A stretch of 64,000 nt of DNA from an uncultured Bacilli bacterium (GCA_944371905.1 CALVYA010000007.1:452-64451), one strand, 5' to 3'; counted from the stretch's first letter, positions 19,297 through 28,737 are shown. Translations and numbers: made by a program. Notes: generated from the sequence alone by a model not told the origin.

Positions 19297-19303
19297 TTTC
19301 CAA

Positions 19304-19377
19304 TGGTGCCGAAAGACAGAATTGAACTGTCCGCTGATCCTTACCAAGGATCTGTTTTACCACTAAACTATATCGGC
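19304..19377 (-). tRNA. tRNA-Thr (anticodon GGU)
   Basis: Reverse complement is GCCGATATAGTTTAGTGGTAAAACAGATCCTTGGTAAGGATCAGCGGACAGTTCAATTCTGTCTTTCGGCACCA. It folds as a cloverleaf with anticodon stem GATCC/GGATC, loop TTGGTAA, a T-arm, and an encoded CCA. Confidence 0.85.
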
Positions 19378-19501
19378 AAATACCTTATCAGTATATCATA
19401 TTTAAAAAATAATTTAAATACGTTAAATAAAATTAATTTAGATAATATTAGTAATTTATATATTTTATGTTATAATAACTAATGAATATGCAGGTGATAA
19501 G

Positions 19502-20464
19502 TTGAAAACGAATGTTAAATTTTATGTATATATAATAATATTAGTTTGTTTTGCTGCAGTTATTTGGATTAAATATGATTATGATGCAGATAAAAATCAT
19601 ACTAATCTTACTAAAGAAGACAATTCTTTTATAGAATTTTTAAATAATAGTAATATAACAGAATCTACTTTTAGTTGTTACGCTAAAAACGAAACGATTA
19701 TTTATTTAGATGATGAATATTTATTGACAAATACTGGTGATTTGTATGAAGTTAAGTATGGCAGTACATTTGAAAACGGTCACAATTGTAGAAGAGTAGA
19801 ATCTGATATAAAATTTAAAAATTTTTATGATAATAATAAAATCATTTATGATGATGAATTGGTTCTCTATGATGTAACTAAGAATTTTGCTCCTTATGAA
19901 AGTGAGATAATAGAATATTATCAAATGGATTTATCTAATTTAGAAGAAGTAAGAAAACAATATCCTTATATTTATTTTTATGACGTAGAAGCTAAAGAAT
20001 TAAATTTAGATAACTCTTTATTATCGTCTAATAAAATATTAATTGATAATAAAGGAAATATTAATATATATACGAATTATGGATATCCTAGTTCATTAAA
20101 TTTGTTACAAAGTGAAGATACAGAAATTATATTTGATAGACTAGATTATATGGGGATTATTTTATCGATATTTAGAACTAATAAAAATCAAGTATTAAAA
20201 GGGGATAATATTAGTTATTTGAAAGTTTCAGAAGAAGTTCCTAATGAATTATATGGACTTCGTGTTATTACTACAAAAGGAATGTATAACGAGGTAGTAG
20301 ATGATAAATGTAAAGAGCAAGTATGTGATACTAAGTTAGTAAGAGATAAAGAATTTTCAAAGTATTTTGATAATATTGTATATAGTAATGGTAAATATTT
20401 ATTTACAAAGGATACGCCTACTAAAATATACAATATTGAATCTTATGTTCCAAGTGAAAAATAA
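19502..20464 (+). CDS. Membrane-anchored extracytoplasmic protein, unknown function
   Basis: TTG start behind aggtga. N-terminal TM. No family recognised. Confidence 0.5.
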   Translation: MKTNVKFYVYIIILVCFAAVIWIKYDYDADKNHTNLTKEDNSFIEFLNNSNITESTFSCYAKNETIIYLDDEYLLTNTGDLYEVKYGSTFENGHNCRRVESDIKFKNFYDNNKIIYDDELVLYDVTKNFAPYESEIIEYYQMDLSNLEEVRKQYPYIYFYDVEAKELNLDNSLLSSNKILIDNKGNINIYTNYGYPSSLNLLQSEDTEIIFDRLDYMGIILSIFRTNKNQVLKGDNISYLKVSEEVPNELYGLRVITTKGMYNEVVDDKCKEQVCDTKLVRDKEFSKYFDNIVYSNGKYLFTKDTPTKIYNIESYVPSEK

Positions 20465-20492
20465 AAATACAAAAGTTTTTTCCTTTGTATTT

Positions 20493-20840
20493 TTATTTTT
20501 TTGCTTTTCTTTCTTTTTTTAGAATTTTTTCTTGTTCTTTAGTAATAGAAATAGGAGTTAGAGTTTTGTTATCTATATATTGAACAGCTGGTAATTCTCT
20601 CATTTCTTCAATGTCTGGATGTTTATTAGCAATACCTTCTAGCCATTCTCTAGCTTCATATAAAGTATTTGTTGGGCATCCAGTATCAGCTTCGATCAAT
20701 CTTCCTCCTATATTTCTAAAGTAAATAGCACCATTTTTAATAATGGTATGAGAAAATTCTAGTGTTAAAACGTTATTATTATTTAATATTAGATTTTTAA
20801 CTTTTAAACCGTTAATATTTGCTTTATAGTATTGTTTCAT
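20493..20840 (-). CDS. Hypothetical protein
   Basis: ATG 20840 lies behind RBS gaggaa. The ORF-track start at 20873 lacks an RBS. No family recognised. Confidence 0.45.
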   Translation of the reverse strand: MKQYYKANINGLKVKNLILNNNNVLTLEFSHTIIKNGAIYFRNIGGRLIEADTGCPTNTLYEAREWLEGIANKHPDIEEMRELPAVQYIDNKTLTPISITKEQEKILKKERKAKK

Positions 20841-20958
20841 GATATTCCTCCTTTGGTAGGTAATATTATACATAATTTTTTGCGTTTTGTATACAATAAA
20901 ATAAAAAAAGTATTGAAATATTATTTTTATTTTGCTATAATCATTTTGTCGTGCAAAT

Positions 20959-21035
20959 GGCGAGATAGCTCAGTTGGCTAGAGCAATCGGTTCATACCCG
21001 ATAGGTCGAGGGTTCGAATCCCCCTCTCGCTACCA
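20959..21035 (+). tRNA. tRNA-Met (CAU), elongator type
   Basis: GGCGAGATAGCTCAGTTGGCTAGAGCAATCGGTTCATACCCGATAGGTCGAGGGTTCGAATCCCCCTCTCGCTACCA. Anticodon loop is TTCATAC. There is no initiator-type GGG/CCC anticodon stem. It resembles the Firmicute elongator tRNA-Met. Confidence 0.8.
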
Positions 21036-21158
21036 ATTTTGTTTATTTTACTAGGTTTTAAGCCTAGTTTTTTATTGGGAATATCTGATATAGGTATTCC
21101 CATCTTTTTTATTTTAAGAATAAATGATATAATTATCTAAACAACAAATAGTAATTTG
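20991..21158 (+). repeat. Direct repeat copy A (tRNA-Met 3' part plus ~123 bp flank)
   Basis: Aligns by eye with 22283..22449 from the anticodon loop through CCA and on to ..caaatagtaatttg. This includes two hairpins (ctagg..cctag, gggaata..tattccc). Confidence 0.8.
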
Positions 21159-21174
21159 AAAGAGAGGTTCATTT

Positions 21175-21372
21175 ATGAATAAAGGAAACACTGGAATATT
21201 ATTAATAATATTAGGAAATATATTGTACTTGGCTTATACTTTTTTTTGTGGTAATGAAGTTACACCATTTAGTGAATTTAGTTCAGGACTGCTATTAGGT
21301 TTATCAGTAGGAATTAATCTAACAGGAATAATATTATTGGTACTATATATTTTAAAAAATGAAAAAAAATGA
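21175..21372 (+). CDS. Small 2-TM membrane protein (paralog of 32753..32977)
   Basis: 65 aa. LIILGNILYLAYTFF..FSEFSSGLLLGLSVGINLTGIILLVLYILK aligns with 32753..32977. Confidence 0.6.
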   Translation: MNKGNTGILLIILGNILYLAYTFFCGNEVTPFSEFSSGLLLGLSVGINLTGIILLVLYILKNEKK

Positions 21373-21400
21373 TTATATAGAAAAGTAAGGAGGCAAAAAA

Positions 21401-21556
21401 ATGTATAAAACTGTTGTTATAGGGTATTCTCCAAAGGTAGATGATATGGCACAAAAAGTAGAAGAAAAAGCAAATGAAATGTTAGAAAATGGCTATAAAT
21501 TAGTTACAATGTCAATTACAGGAACAGCAAAAGCAATTTTAGTATTTAAAAAGTAA
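21401..21556 (+). CDS. Unlisted 51-aa ORF, unknown function
   Basis: Not in the ORF track. Strong RBS aaggagg lies 7 nt before ATG 21401. Sequence is MYKTVVIGYSPKVDDMAQKVEEKANEMLENGYKLVTMSITGTAKAILVFKK, ending in a stop at 21554-21556. Confidence 0.5.
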   Translation: MYKTVVIGYSPKVDDMAQKVEEKANEMLENGYKLVTMSITGTAKAILVFKK

Positions 21557-21577
21557 GTAAAAAATAGAGGAGTTTCT

Positions 21578-22114
21578 ATGAATAGTATTATAATATATGG
21601 TTCCCATTATGGAACAACCAAACAATACGCAGAAGAACTTTCGAAAAGAACTAATATAAAAGTAATTTCTTTTAAAAAAATTAATCAACAAATAAATGAT
21701 TATGATAATATTATTTATCTAGGTGCTTTGTATGTTGGTGGAGTATTAGGAATGTCAAAAACACTAAAAATTTTAAATAATATTTCAAACAAAAAAATTT
21801 TTATTGCAACGGTTGGTCTTTCAGACCCATTAGATGAAGTGAATAAAAATAATATAAGAAAAAATATGAAAAATCAGATATCAAAAGAAGTTTTTGAAAA
21901 GGCAAAAATCTTTCATTTAAGAGGTGGCATAGATTATTCAAAATTAAACTTTGTCCATAAAACTATGATGAAATTGCTTTATAGTGCAGTTAAGAATTTA
22001 CCAAAAGAAAAGCAAACAGCTGAAGATAGAGCAATGATAGAAACTTATAACCAAAAAGTTAATTTTATTGATTTTTCTAGTTTAGACAAAATAATTACTG
22101 AAGTACAAAAATAA
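21578..22114 (+). CDS. Flavodoxin-domain protein (HemG/Flavodoxin_5-like)
   Basis: The N-terminus IIIYGSHYGTTKQYAEEL is typical of the flavodoxin-like family. 178 aa. Confidence 0.7.
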   Translation: MNSIIIYGSHYGTTKQYAEELSKRTNIKVISFKKINQQINDYDNIIYLGALYVGGVLGMSKTLKILNNISNKKIFIATVGLSDPLDEVNKNNIRKNMKNQISKEVFEKAKIFHLRGGIDYSKLNFVHKTMMKLLYSAVKNLPKEKQTAEDRAMIETYNQKVNFIDFSSLDKIITEVQK

Positions 22115-22282
22115 AGACAAATTATAATTTATCGATTAAATATCTATAAAAAATTTGTAATTATATTTTAGTTATTTTTTATAAAAAATAGTTCAAACTT
22201 ACTCAAATTTTACAAATGATGAAAACTCTTAAAAATAAAGGCTTTGTTGATATTTTGCATTATATTACTAATTATAGTTTTT

Positions 22283-22449
22283 TTCATACCTGATCGGTCG
22301 AGGGTTCGAATCCCCCACTTGCTACCAAATTTGGTTATTTTACTAGGTTTTGTATCTAGTTTTTTTGTTGGGAATATTTAATAGGTATTCCTAACTTTTT
22401 AATTTTAAAAATAGATGATATAATTATCTCAACAGCAAATAGTAATTTG
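22283..22449 (+). repeat. Direct repeat copy B: orphan tRNA-Met 3' fragment plus flank
   Basis: ttcatacctgatcggtcgagggttcgaatcccccacttgctacca has 4 mismatches to tRNA-Met positions 33-77 and no 5' half. About 120 bp of flank follow, roughly 80-85% identical to copy A. Confidence 0.8.
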
Positions 22450-22465
22450 TTGAGGAGGAATGATT

Positions 22466-22783
22466 ATGAAAAAAACAATGTTGACTGTTGTACTATGTGG
22501 GGTTATGATTTTAGGACTAACTGGGTGTGGCAAATCAACTACAGAAGTTAGTGAAGCAGAATTAAACAAAGTTAATAATCAAATAATTGAGTATTTTTCA
22601 TCCGAAAATGGAGAATACGATAATTTAAGTTTTAATTATGTTGACTTAACAAACAAAAAAGTTGTAGTTGGTTTAATAGATAATAGTAAAGAGCAACAAG
22701 ATAAATTTAAAAAACTTGTTATCAATTCAGAACTCATAGAATTTATTAAAGGCGAAAACTTAATAGACTATAATAATCAATAA
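22466..22783 (+). CDS. Lipoprotein, unknown function
   Basis: Lipobox LTGC after a signal helix. RBS gaggagg. Confidence 0.65.
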   Translation: MKKTMLTVVLCGVMILGLTGCGKSTTEVSEAELNKVNNQIIEYFSSENGEYDNLSFNYVDLTNKKVVVGLIDNSKEQQDKFKKLVINSELIEFIKGENLIDYNNQ

Positions 22784-22877
22784 TTCAAATTACATTTTTT
22801 CGAAATGTTAAAACAGGTTGCTTGTAGCAACAGAAGATTTATAATACACTTAACTGGATGAAAGGAGAAAGTATAAT

Positions 22878-23393
22878 ATGTTAAAAGATAATTTAAGAAC
22901 ATTAAGAAAAAATAAAGGACTTTCACAAGAAGAGTTAAGTGTTAAATTAAATGTTGTTAGACAAACAATTTCCAAATGGGAGTCAGGATTATCGGTTCCA
23001 GATGCTGAAATGTTAATTGCTATATCAGAAATTTTTGAAATACCCGTTAGTGAAATTCTTGGTGAAAGTATAGAGGAAAAAGAAAACAATTCTTTAAAAG
23101 CAATATCTGAAAAATTAGAAGTTATTAATGAACAATTATCTATACAACAAAAGCAAAAAAGAAAAAGAACAATAAACCTCTTACTAATTATAGATGTATG
23201 TATTATAGTACTTTTTATATTATTAGCAGTATTGGATAGTCCATATAGAACTTTTGATTATAACAATCCTGAATGGGCTATTATTGGAACATTATGGCAT
23301 TCGTTTGAGTGGGTATTTTTTAGAGTGGCTCCATTTTTGATTATGATAATTACTTTCTTATTAGGAATAATATTGATAAAAAGAAATAAATAA
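22878..23393 (+). CDS. XRE-family HTH regulator with C-terminal TM segments
   Basis: LRTLRKNKGLSQEELSVKLNVVRQTISKWESG is an HTH_3 motif. Two C-terminal hydrophobic helices. Confidence 0.8.
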   Translation: MLKDNLRTLRKNKGLSQEELSVKLNVVRQTISKWESGLSVPDAEMLIAISEIFEIPVSEILGESIEEKENNSLKAISEKLEVINEQLSIQQKQKRKRTINLLLIIDVCIIVLFILLAVLDSPYRTFDYNNPEWAIIGTLWHSFEWVFFRVAPFLIMIITFLLGIILIKRNK

Positions 23394-23500
23394 AAATTAT
23401 AACTAGATTCTAAGATGTAAATAAAAATAGCAAAATTGTAAAATTTAATTGATAGAAAAAAATCTGTTAAAGTAGTAAACTTAATTTAGAGGTGAAGAAA

Positions 23501-23950
23501 GTGAGTTTAGGAAGTAATTTATTTCAAATAAGAAAAAAAGCAGGGTTATCACAGGAAGTAGTTGCTGAAAAATTAGGTGTTAGTCGACAGACAATTTCAA
23601 AATGGGAAACAGATGAAACTGTTCCTGATATTTACCAATCAAAAAGATTAGCAAAATTATATAATTTATCTTTAGATGAACTAATAGAATTTGACATTGA
23701 TGTTAAAGAAATTGAGAAAATAATAAAAAACACTAATGATGAAAAAGAAGCAAAAATTAATTGGACTAATGCTTGGAGCAAAAAATATCCTATTCTTGCA
23801 ACTTATCAAGATAAAGTAAATACGTCAAAGTATGCTACTGAAATTAAAAAAATGCTTAATAATTTGTGTGTGGAGTATGGATATAGTAAATTGGATAGTA
23901 TGTTAGTTTTGAAAGACATACTTTATCACGAATGGAAAGGCGATAAGTAA
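23501..23950 (+). CDS. XRE-family HTH regulator
   Basis: IRKKAGLSQEVVAEKLGVSRQTISKWETDE. GTG 23501 lies behind gaggtga. The ORF-track GTG at 23492 lies inside the RBS. Confidence 0.8.
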   Translation: MSLGSNLFQIRKKAGLSQEVVAEKLGVSRQTISKWETDETVPDIYQSKRLAKLYNLSLDELIEFDIDVKEIEKIIKNTNDEKEAKINWTNAWSKKYPILATYQDKVNTSKYATEIKKMLNNLCVEYGYSKLDSMLVLKDILYHEWKGDK

Positions 23951-24053
23951 AAGATTTTTAATCCTTATATTTTAAGATGTAAATAATTTAATATTTATAT
24001 CTTATTTTTTTATGTTATATGTTATACTAGTAATATAAATGGAGTGAGGAAAA

Positions 24054-24710
24054 ATGAATCAAAGAGTATTATGTTTTATTTTATGTAGTATTTTGTTATT
24101 AGGAATTACTGGTTGTGGTAATACGGATAAAGAAACTGAAAAGTTATCTAATCCACTAGAGGAGACTAAAATTAATTTAAATGATAATATTGAAGTAACT
24201 GTAAAAACAGAAAGTACAGGTACACCTGATTGCTTTTTCTATATGTTCGCTACTAATTTAGAAGAAGTATTTCCAAATGCTAAAATAGATACTTATGATA
24301 ATTATCGCTTTGTATCTTATTGGATGGGTAATGCTAATGATAGAGCGGATGGCGAAATAACAGAAGAAGATTTAAAAACAAATATAAATGCTTTACAATT
24401 TAATAGTAATCAAGAAAAAGCAATCGATGATTTATTTAAGCAATATCAAGATAGTGAACATCCAGGTATTAAAGAAGTAGAGTATAGTTTTTCAGAACAT
24501 CGTCTTTCTTTTGCATACCATTATTTAATCTTTAAAAATAATGATGATAAGTACTTATCTGATGGAGAAATTTTAAATTCTGAAGTTCAAAAGATATTAG
24601 TAGATGCTATTAGATTTAATGGTACTTGTGGTGGATTTGATTTTTCGGAAGATATGATTTTAACCGAGGAGTTATGTGAAGAATATCATTTGAGTTGTGA
24701 TAGATGGTAA
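24054..24710 (+). CDS. Lipoprotein, unknown function
   Basis: Lipobox ITGC after a signal helix. Confidence 0.6.
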   Translation: MNQRVLCFILCSILLLGITGCGNTDKETEKLSNPLEETKINLNDNIEVTVKTESTGTPDCFFYMFATNLEEVFPNAKIDTYDNYRFVSYWMGNANDRADGEITEEDLKTNINALQFNSNQEKAIDDLFKQYQDSEHPGIKEVEYSFSEHRLSFAYHYLIFKNNDDKYLSDGEILNSEVQKILVDAIRFNGTCGGFDFSEDMILTEELCEEYHLSCDRW

Positions 24711-24752
24711 TTTAAACGTAATTTGATTCATATGAATGGAGAGTAGAGGTAT

Positions 24753-25202
24753 ATGAATATTATAGAAATCGATATTAGAACTCCTAAGTTGTTACAAGAA
24801 TTGTTAAATATTTGGGAAGATTCTGTAAAAGCTACTCATTTGTTTTTGTCTAGTAAAGAAATAGAGAAGATTAAAAACTATGTTCCTCAAGCTTTAGAGA
24901 TGATAGATCATTTGATTATTATAGAAGATGAAAAGAGACTTCCTGTTGGATTTATGGGAATCGAAAATCAAAAATTAGAAATGTTATTTATTCAAAGTAG
25001 CGAAAGAGGGAAAGGCTTAGGAAAACAACTTTTAAACTATGGTATAGAAAAATTTGATGTTAATGAATTAACTGTTAATGAACAAAATCCACTTGCTAAA
25101 GGCTTTTATGAACATATGGGATTTGTTACTTATAAGAGAACGGATTTAGATGAGCAGGGAAATCCTTATCCAATTCTATATATGAAATTAGAAAGAAAAT
25201 AA
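24753..25202 (+). CDS. GNAT family N-acetyltransferase
   Basis: RGKGLGKQLL acetyl-CoA motif. 149 aa. Confidence 0.8.
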   Translation: MNIIEIDIRTPKLLQELLNIWEDSVKATHLFLSSKEIEKIKNYVPQALEMIDHLIIIEDEKRLPVGFMGIENQKLEMLFIQSSERGKGLGKQLLNYGIEKFDVNELTVNEQNPLAKGFYEHMGFVTYKRTDLDEQGNPYPILYMKLERK

Positions 25203-25262
25203 ATGGAATATAAAATGGTAGTGCTGAAAAGCTAAACTTTTACATGAATCTGTGGTGGCTGT

Positions 25263-26312
25263 ATGAAAATCGAGAATGAAATTTTTAAAAGAATGCATGT
25301 AAATTTTGATAAATTAATAGATTATGGCTTTATGAGAGAAAGTGATAATTATAAGTATTCTAAAATATTTATGAATGGTAATTTTAAAGCGGATATCATG
25401 ATCACTAAAAATGGAATATTATCTGGTAGAGTATATGATTTACAAATTGATGATGAATATACAAATATTAGAATTGAAAATAATGTAGGCGAATTTATTA
25501 ATAGTGTTAAGGAAGAATATCAAAATATTTTGATAGATATAAGAAATCATTGCTTTGAAAAAGAATATTTTATTCATGACCAAGCGAATCGAATTGCAAG
25601 GCTAATTATTGATAGATACCAAGATATTCCAGAGTTTTTGTGGGTTAAATTTCCAGGATATGGAGTATTTAGAAATTCTAATAATAATAAATGGTATAGT
25701 ATTATTATGAACATAAATAAAAGTAAAATAGATAAGAACCATTTTAAAGAAATAGAAATTATCAATGTAAAATTAGAGGAAGAGAAAATTAAAAAATTAT
25801 TAACTAGAAAAGGATTTTATCCCTCTTACCATATGAATAAAAAGAATTGGATTACTATTATTTTAGATGATACATTATCTGATGAAGAAATTATGGACTA
25901 TGTAAAGGAAAGCCATAGTTATACGGAAATATCAAAGGAATGGTTGGTTCCTGCTAATCCTAAATTTTATGATGTTATTCATTGTTTTGATGAAACAGAT
26001 ACTATTACTTGGAAACAATCTACTAATATTGTGGAAGGAGATATTATCTATTTATATGTTGGTAAACCTTATTCAGCTATTTTATATCAGTGTGAAGTAA
26101 TAGAAGCTCATATTCCCTATTTTTATCAGGATCAAAATCTATCTATAAAAGAAGTTATGAAAATTAAATTATTAAAACGTTACCATCCACAAGAATTTAC
26201 TTTAGAGCGATTAGGTCACTATGGTATAAACACCATTAGAGGACCAAGAAGTATTACTAAAAAATTAAGCCAAGAGTTAACTAGAGCTAAAGAAGATAAT
26301 TACGAAGAGTAA
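25263..26312 (+). CDS. MmcQ/YjbR-family domain fused to a PUA/EVE-like C-terminal domain
   Basis: The central block FPGYGVFRNSNNNKWYSIIMNI..GFYPSYHMNKKNWITIILDD is YjbR-like. The C-terminus WLVPANPKFYDV..W..VEGDIIYLYVG resembles EVE/PUA-like domains, which is the less certain call. Confidence 0.55.
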   Translation: MKIENEIFKRMHVNFDKLIDYGFMRESDNYKYSKIFMNGNFKADIMITKNGILSGRVYDLQIDDEYTNIRIENNVGEFINSVKEEYQNILIDIRNHCFEKEYFIHDQANRIARLIIDRYQDIPEFLWVKFPGYGVFRNSNNNKWYSIIMNINKSKIDKNHFKEIEIINVKLEEEKIKKLLTRKGFYPSYHMNKKNWITIILDDTLSDEEIMDYVKESHSYTEISKEWLVPANPKFYDVIHCFDETDTITWKQSTNIVEGDIIYLYVGKPYSAILYQCEVIEAHIPYFYQDQNLSIKEVMKIKLLKRYHPQEFTLERLGHYGINTIRGPRSITKKLSQELTRAKEDNYEE

Positions 26313-26329
26313 AAGAGAGGGGTTATATT

Positions 26330-26716
26330 ATGAAATTTAATCCATTGATCCCAGAATTAAGTGTTACTAATATAGAGAAAAGTAAAGAATTTTATCTTGC
26401 TATTGGTTTTACAATCATGTATGAGAGAAAAGAAGATAAATTTGCTTTTTTGGAATATGAAGGTAATCAAATTATGATAGAGGAAATCAATGATAATTGG
26501 AATACAGGAAGGTTAGAGTATCCCTTTGGAAGAGGCATAAATATTAGTATGAGTGTTTCTGATCTTGATAAGTATTACCAAGATTTAGTAAATAAAAAAA
26601 TTACTTTTTTTAAACCTTTAATGATAAATAAATACAATGTTAATGGAACTATATATGAAGATAGAGAATTTTTAATTCAAGATCCAGATGGATATTTACT
26701 AAGATTTAATAATTAA
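26330..26716 (+). CDS. VOC/glyoxalase-bleomycin resistance family protein
   Basis: 128 aa. The beta-alpha-beta pattern matches and the ending LIQDPDGYLLRF is typical of the family. Confidence 0.7.
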   Translation: MKFNPLIPELSVTNIEKSKEFYLAIGFTIMYERKEDKFAFLEYEGNQIMIEEINDNWNTGRLEYPFGRGINISMSVSDLDKYYQDLVNKKITFFKPLMINKYNVNGTIYEDREFLIQDPDGYLLRFNN

Positions 26717-26738
26717 ATAAGAAATAGGAGATAGAAAG

Positions 26739-27371
26739 ATGTTAGAAGATGTAGAAGTTTTATGCCATAGTAGTATTAGATTTCATAAAGGGAGAATTAT
26801 TTATTTTGATCCATTTAAAATAGATAAAAATTATCATGATGCTGATATCATATTTATTACTCATGATCACTATGATCATTATTCAATTGAGGATATCAAT
26901 AAAGTAATAAAAGAAGATTCTGTGTTAGTAATACCTAAAAATTTACTATCTAGAGTAGTGGAGGATGGATTTTCGAAAGAAAAAATTATGATAGTGGAGA
27001 TAAATCAAAATTATGATATAGCAGGGCTTACTTTTAGAACGATTCCTTCTTATAATAAAAATAAACCCTTTCATCCTAAAGAAAATCATTGGGTAGGATA
27101 TTTAATAGAGCTAGAGGGGATTACTTATTATATTGCAGGAGATACGGATGCGATAGAAGAAAATAGAAAATTAAAATGTGATGTGGCATTTGTTCCCGTT
27201 GGTGGTGTTTATACTATGGACTATCAAGAAGCGGCCGAATTAGTAAATGAAATAAAACCTAAAATAGCTGTACCAACTCATTATGGGAGTATTGTTGGAC
27301 ATAAAGAAGATGGAATGAGTTTTTCTAAATTAGTTGATCCTAATATTAAATGCTACATTTTTATAAAATAG
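26739..27371 (+). CDS. MBL-fold metallo-hydrolase
   Basis: ITHDHYDH metal motif, later GDTD, and a C-terminal H (PTHYG). Confidence 0.8.
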   Translation: MLEDVEVLCHSSIRFHKGRIIYFDPFKIDKNYHDADIIFITHDHYDHYSIEDINKVIKEDSVLVIPKNLLSRVVEDGFSKEKIMIVEINQNYDIAGLTFRTIPSYNKNKPFHPKENHWVGYLIELEGITYYIAGDTDAIEENRKLKCDVAFVPVGGVYTMDYQEAAELVNEIKPKIAVPTHYGSIVGHKEDGMSFSKLVDPNIKCYIFIK

Positions 27372-27391
27372 AATGCATGGGAAGTGAAAAT

Positions 27392-28264
27392 ATGGAATTA
27401 GTACAAGTAGGGGATAGAACTTATTATATTAAGAATCCTACCAATATAGGGATATATAAAGTAGATGAGGAAAATGTTTATTTGATTGATACCGGCAATG
27501 ATAAAGACGCTGGGAAAAAGATATTAAGAATAATCGAAGAGAAATCTTGGCAAGTAAAAGGTATTATTTCAACTCATTCGAATGCTGATCATATTGGAGG
27601 AAATAAAGTAATTCAGGATAGAACAGGTTGTGATATTTTAGCGTCTTCTTTAGAAAAAAGTCTTATAGAACATCCTATTTTAGAGCCTTCTTTTTTGTAT
27701 GGTGGGTATCCGTTTAACGATCTTAAGAACAAATTTTTATTGGCTAGAGAATCTACTGTTACCCCGATTTTAGATAACTTACCAGAGGGACTAGAATATT
27801 TTTCATTGAAAGGTCATTTTTTTGATATGATAGGAATTAAAACTAGTGATGATGTTTACTTTTTAGCAGATTCTCTATTTAGTGAAGAAACGATTGATAA
27901 ATATCATTTATTTTTTATTTATGATGTCAAAGAGTTTTTGAATACACTGGATTATTTGGAAACTTTGCGAGGAAAGTTTTTTATTCCTTCTCATAGTGAT
28001 GCTACTAGTGATATTTCTTCTTTAATTCAACTTAATAGGAATAAGATCAATGAAATTATAGATAAACTATATGATATTTGTAAGAATGAAGTAACTTTTG
28101 AAGAAATAGTAAAAGAAATATTTGATGAATATCACTTATTGATGAATGTTAATCAATATGTGTTAATTGGTAGTACAATTAAGTCTTATTTATCTTATCT
28201 TTATGATGAAGGAAAGATCTGTTATGAATTTGTAGATAATCAAATGATTTGGAAACGAGTATAG
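27392..28264 (+). CDS. MBL-fold metallo-hydrolase
   Basis: STHSNADHIGG motif. The start was moved to ATG 27392 (RBS gggaagtga). Confidence 0.75.
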   Translation: MELVQVGDRTYYIKNPTNIGIYKVDEENVYLIDTGNDKDAGKKILRIIEEKSWQVKGIISTHSNADHIGGNKVIQDRTGCDILASSLEKSLIEHPILEPSFLYGGYPFNDLKNKFLLARESTVTPILDNLPEGLEYFSLKGHFFDMIGIKTSDDVYFLADSLFSEETIDKYHLFFIYDVKEFLNTLDYLETLRGKFFIPSHSDATSDISSLIQLNRNKINEIIDKLYDICKNEVTFEEIVKEIFDEYHLLMNVNQYVLIGSTIKSYLSYLYDEGKICYEFVDNQMIWKRV

Positions 28265-28271
28265 GTTTAGA

Positions 28272-28303
28272 TAAAAAAGCCGATAAAAATAATCGGCTTC
28301 ATT
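28272..28303. terminator. Hairpin terminator between convergent genes (better on the minus strand)
   Basis: aagccgat / atcggctt 8-bp stem. The A-run on the plus side becomes a T-run for the minus-strand merR-like gene. Confidence 0.6.
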
Positions 28304-28335
28304 TATGGGTATGTTCAAAGTATTTTTTAATATTA

Positions 28336-28737
28336 TCAGGCATTTGTTGAAGAGTAATGTTTTACTCTTTTTTCATTGCCGTCTTTTATTGCTTCATCAT
28401 AATACCAACATTTATATTTGATCATTTCTAAAGCATTTTCTAATTCTTTTATTTCTTTTTCAATATGTTCTTTTCGTCTTATAAACATTTCTTTTCTTTT
28501 TAATAATGTTTCATCTCCTATAGAACACCAATTCATGAATTCTTTGATTTCTTTTATCTGCATACCAGATTTTTTTAAACATTCAATCACTCTTAATGCT
28601 TCTAAAGTTTTGTCATTAAATTTTCTAATACCAGAAGAATCTCTATCAACATCATTCAGTAAGCCTTCTTTATCATAATATCTCAAAGTAGAAATGGGTA
28701 GATTAAACATTTTAGACACTTCTCCAATTGTGTACAT
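28336..28737 (-). CDS. MerR family transcriptional regulator
   Basis: MYTIGEVSKMFNLPISTLRYYDKEGLL is the canonical MerR HTH, followed by a coiled-coil. Confidence 0.9.
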   Translation of the reverse strand: MYTIGEVSKMFNLPISTLRYYDKEGLLNDVDRDSSGIRKFNDKTLEALRVIECLKKSGMQIKEIKEFMNWCSIGDETLLKRKEMFIRRKEHIEKEIKELENALEMIKYKCWYYDEAIKDGNEKRVKHYSSTNA

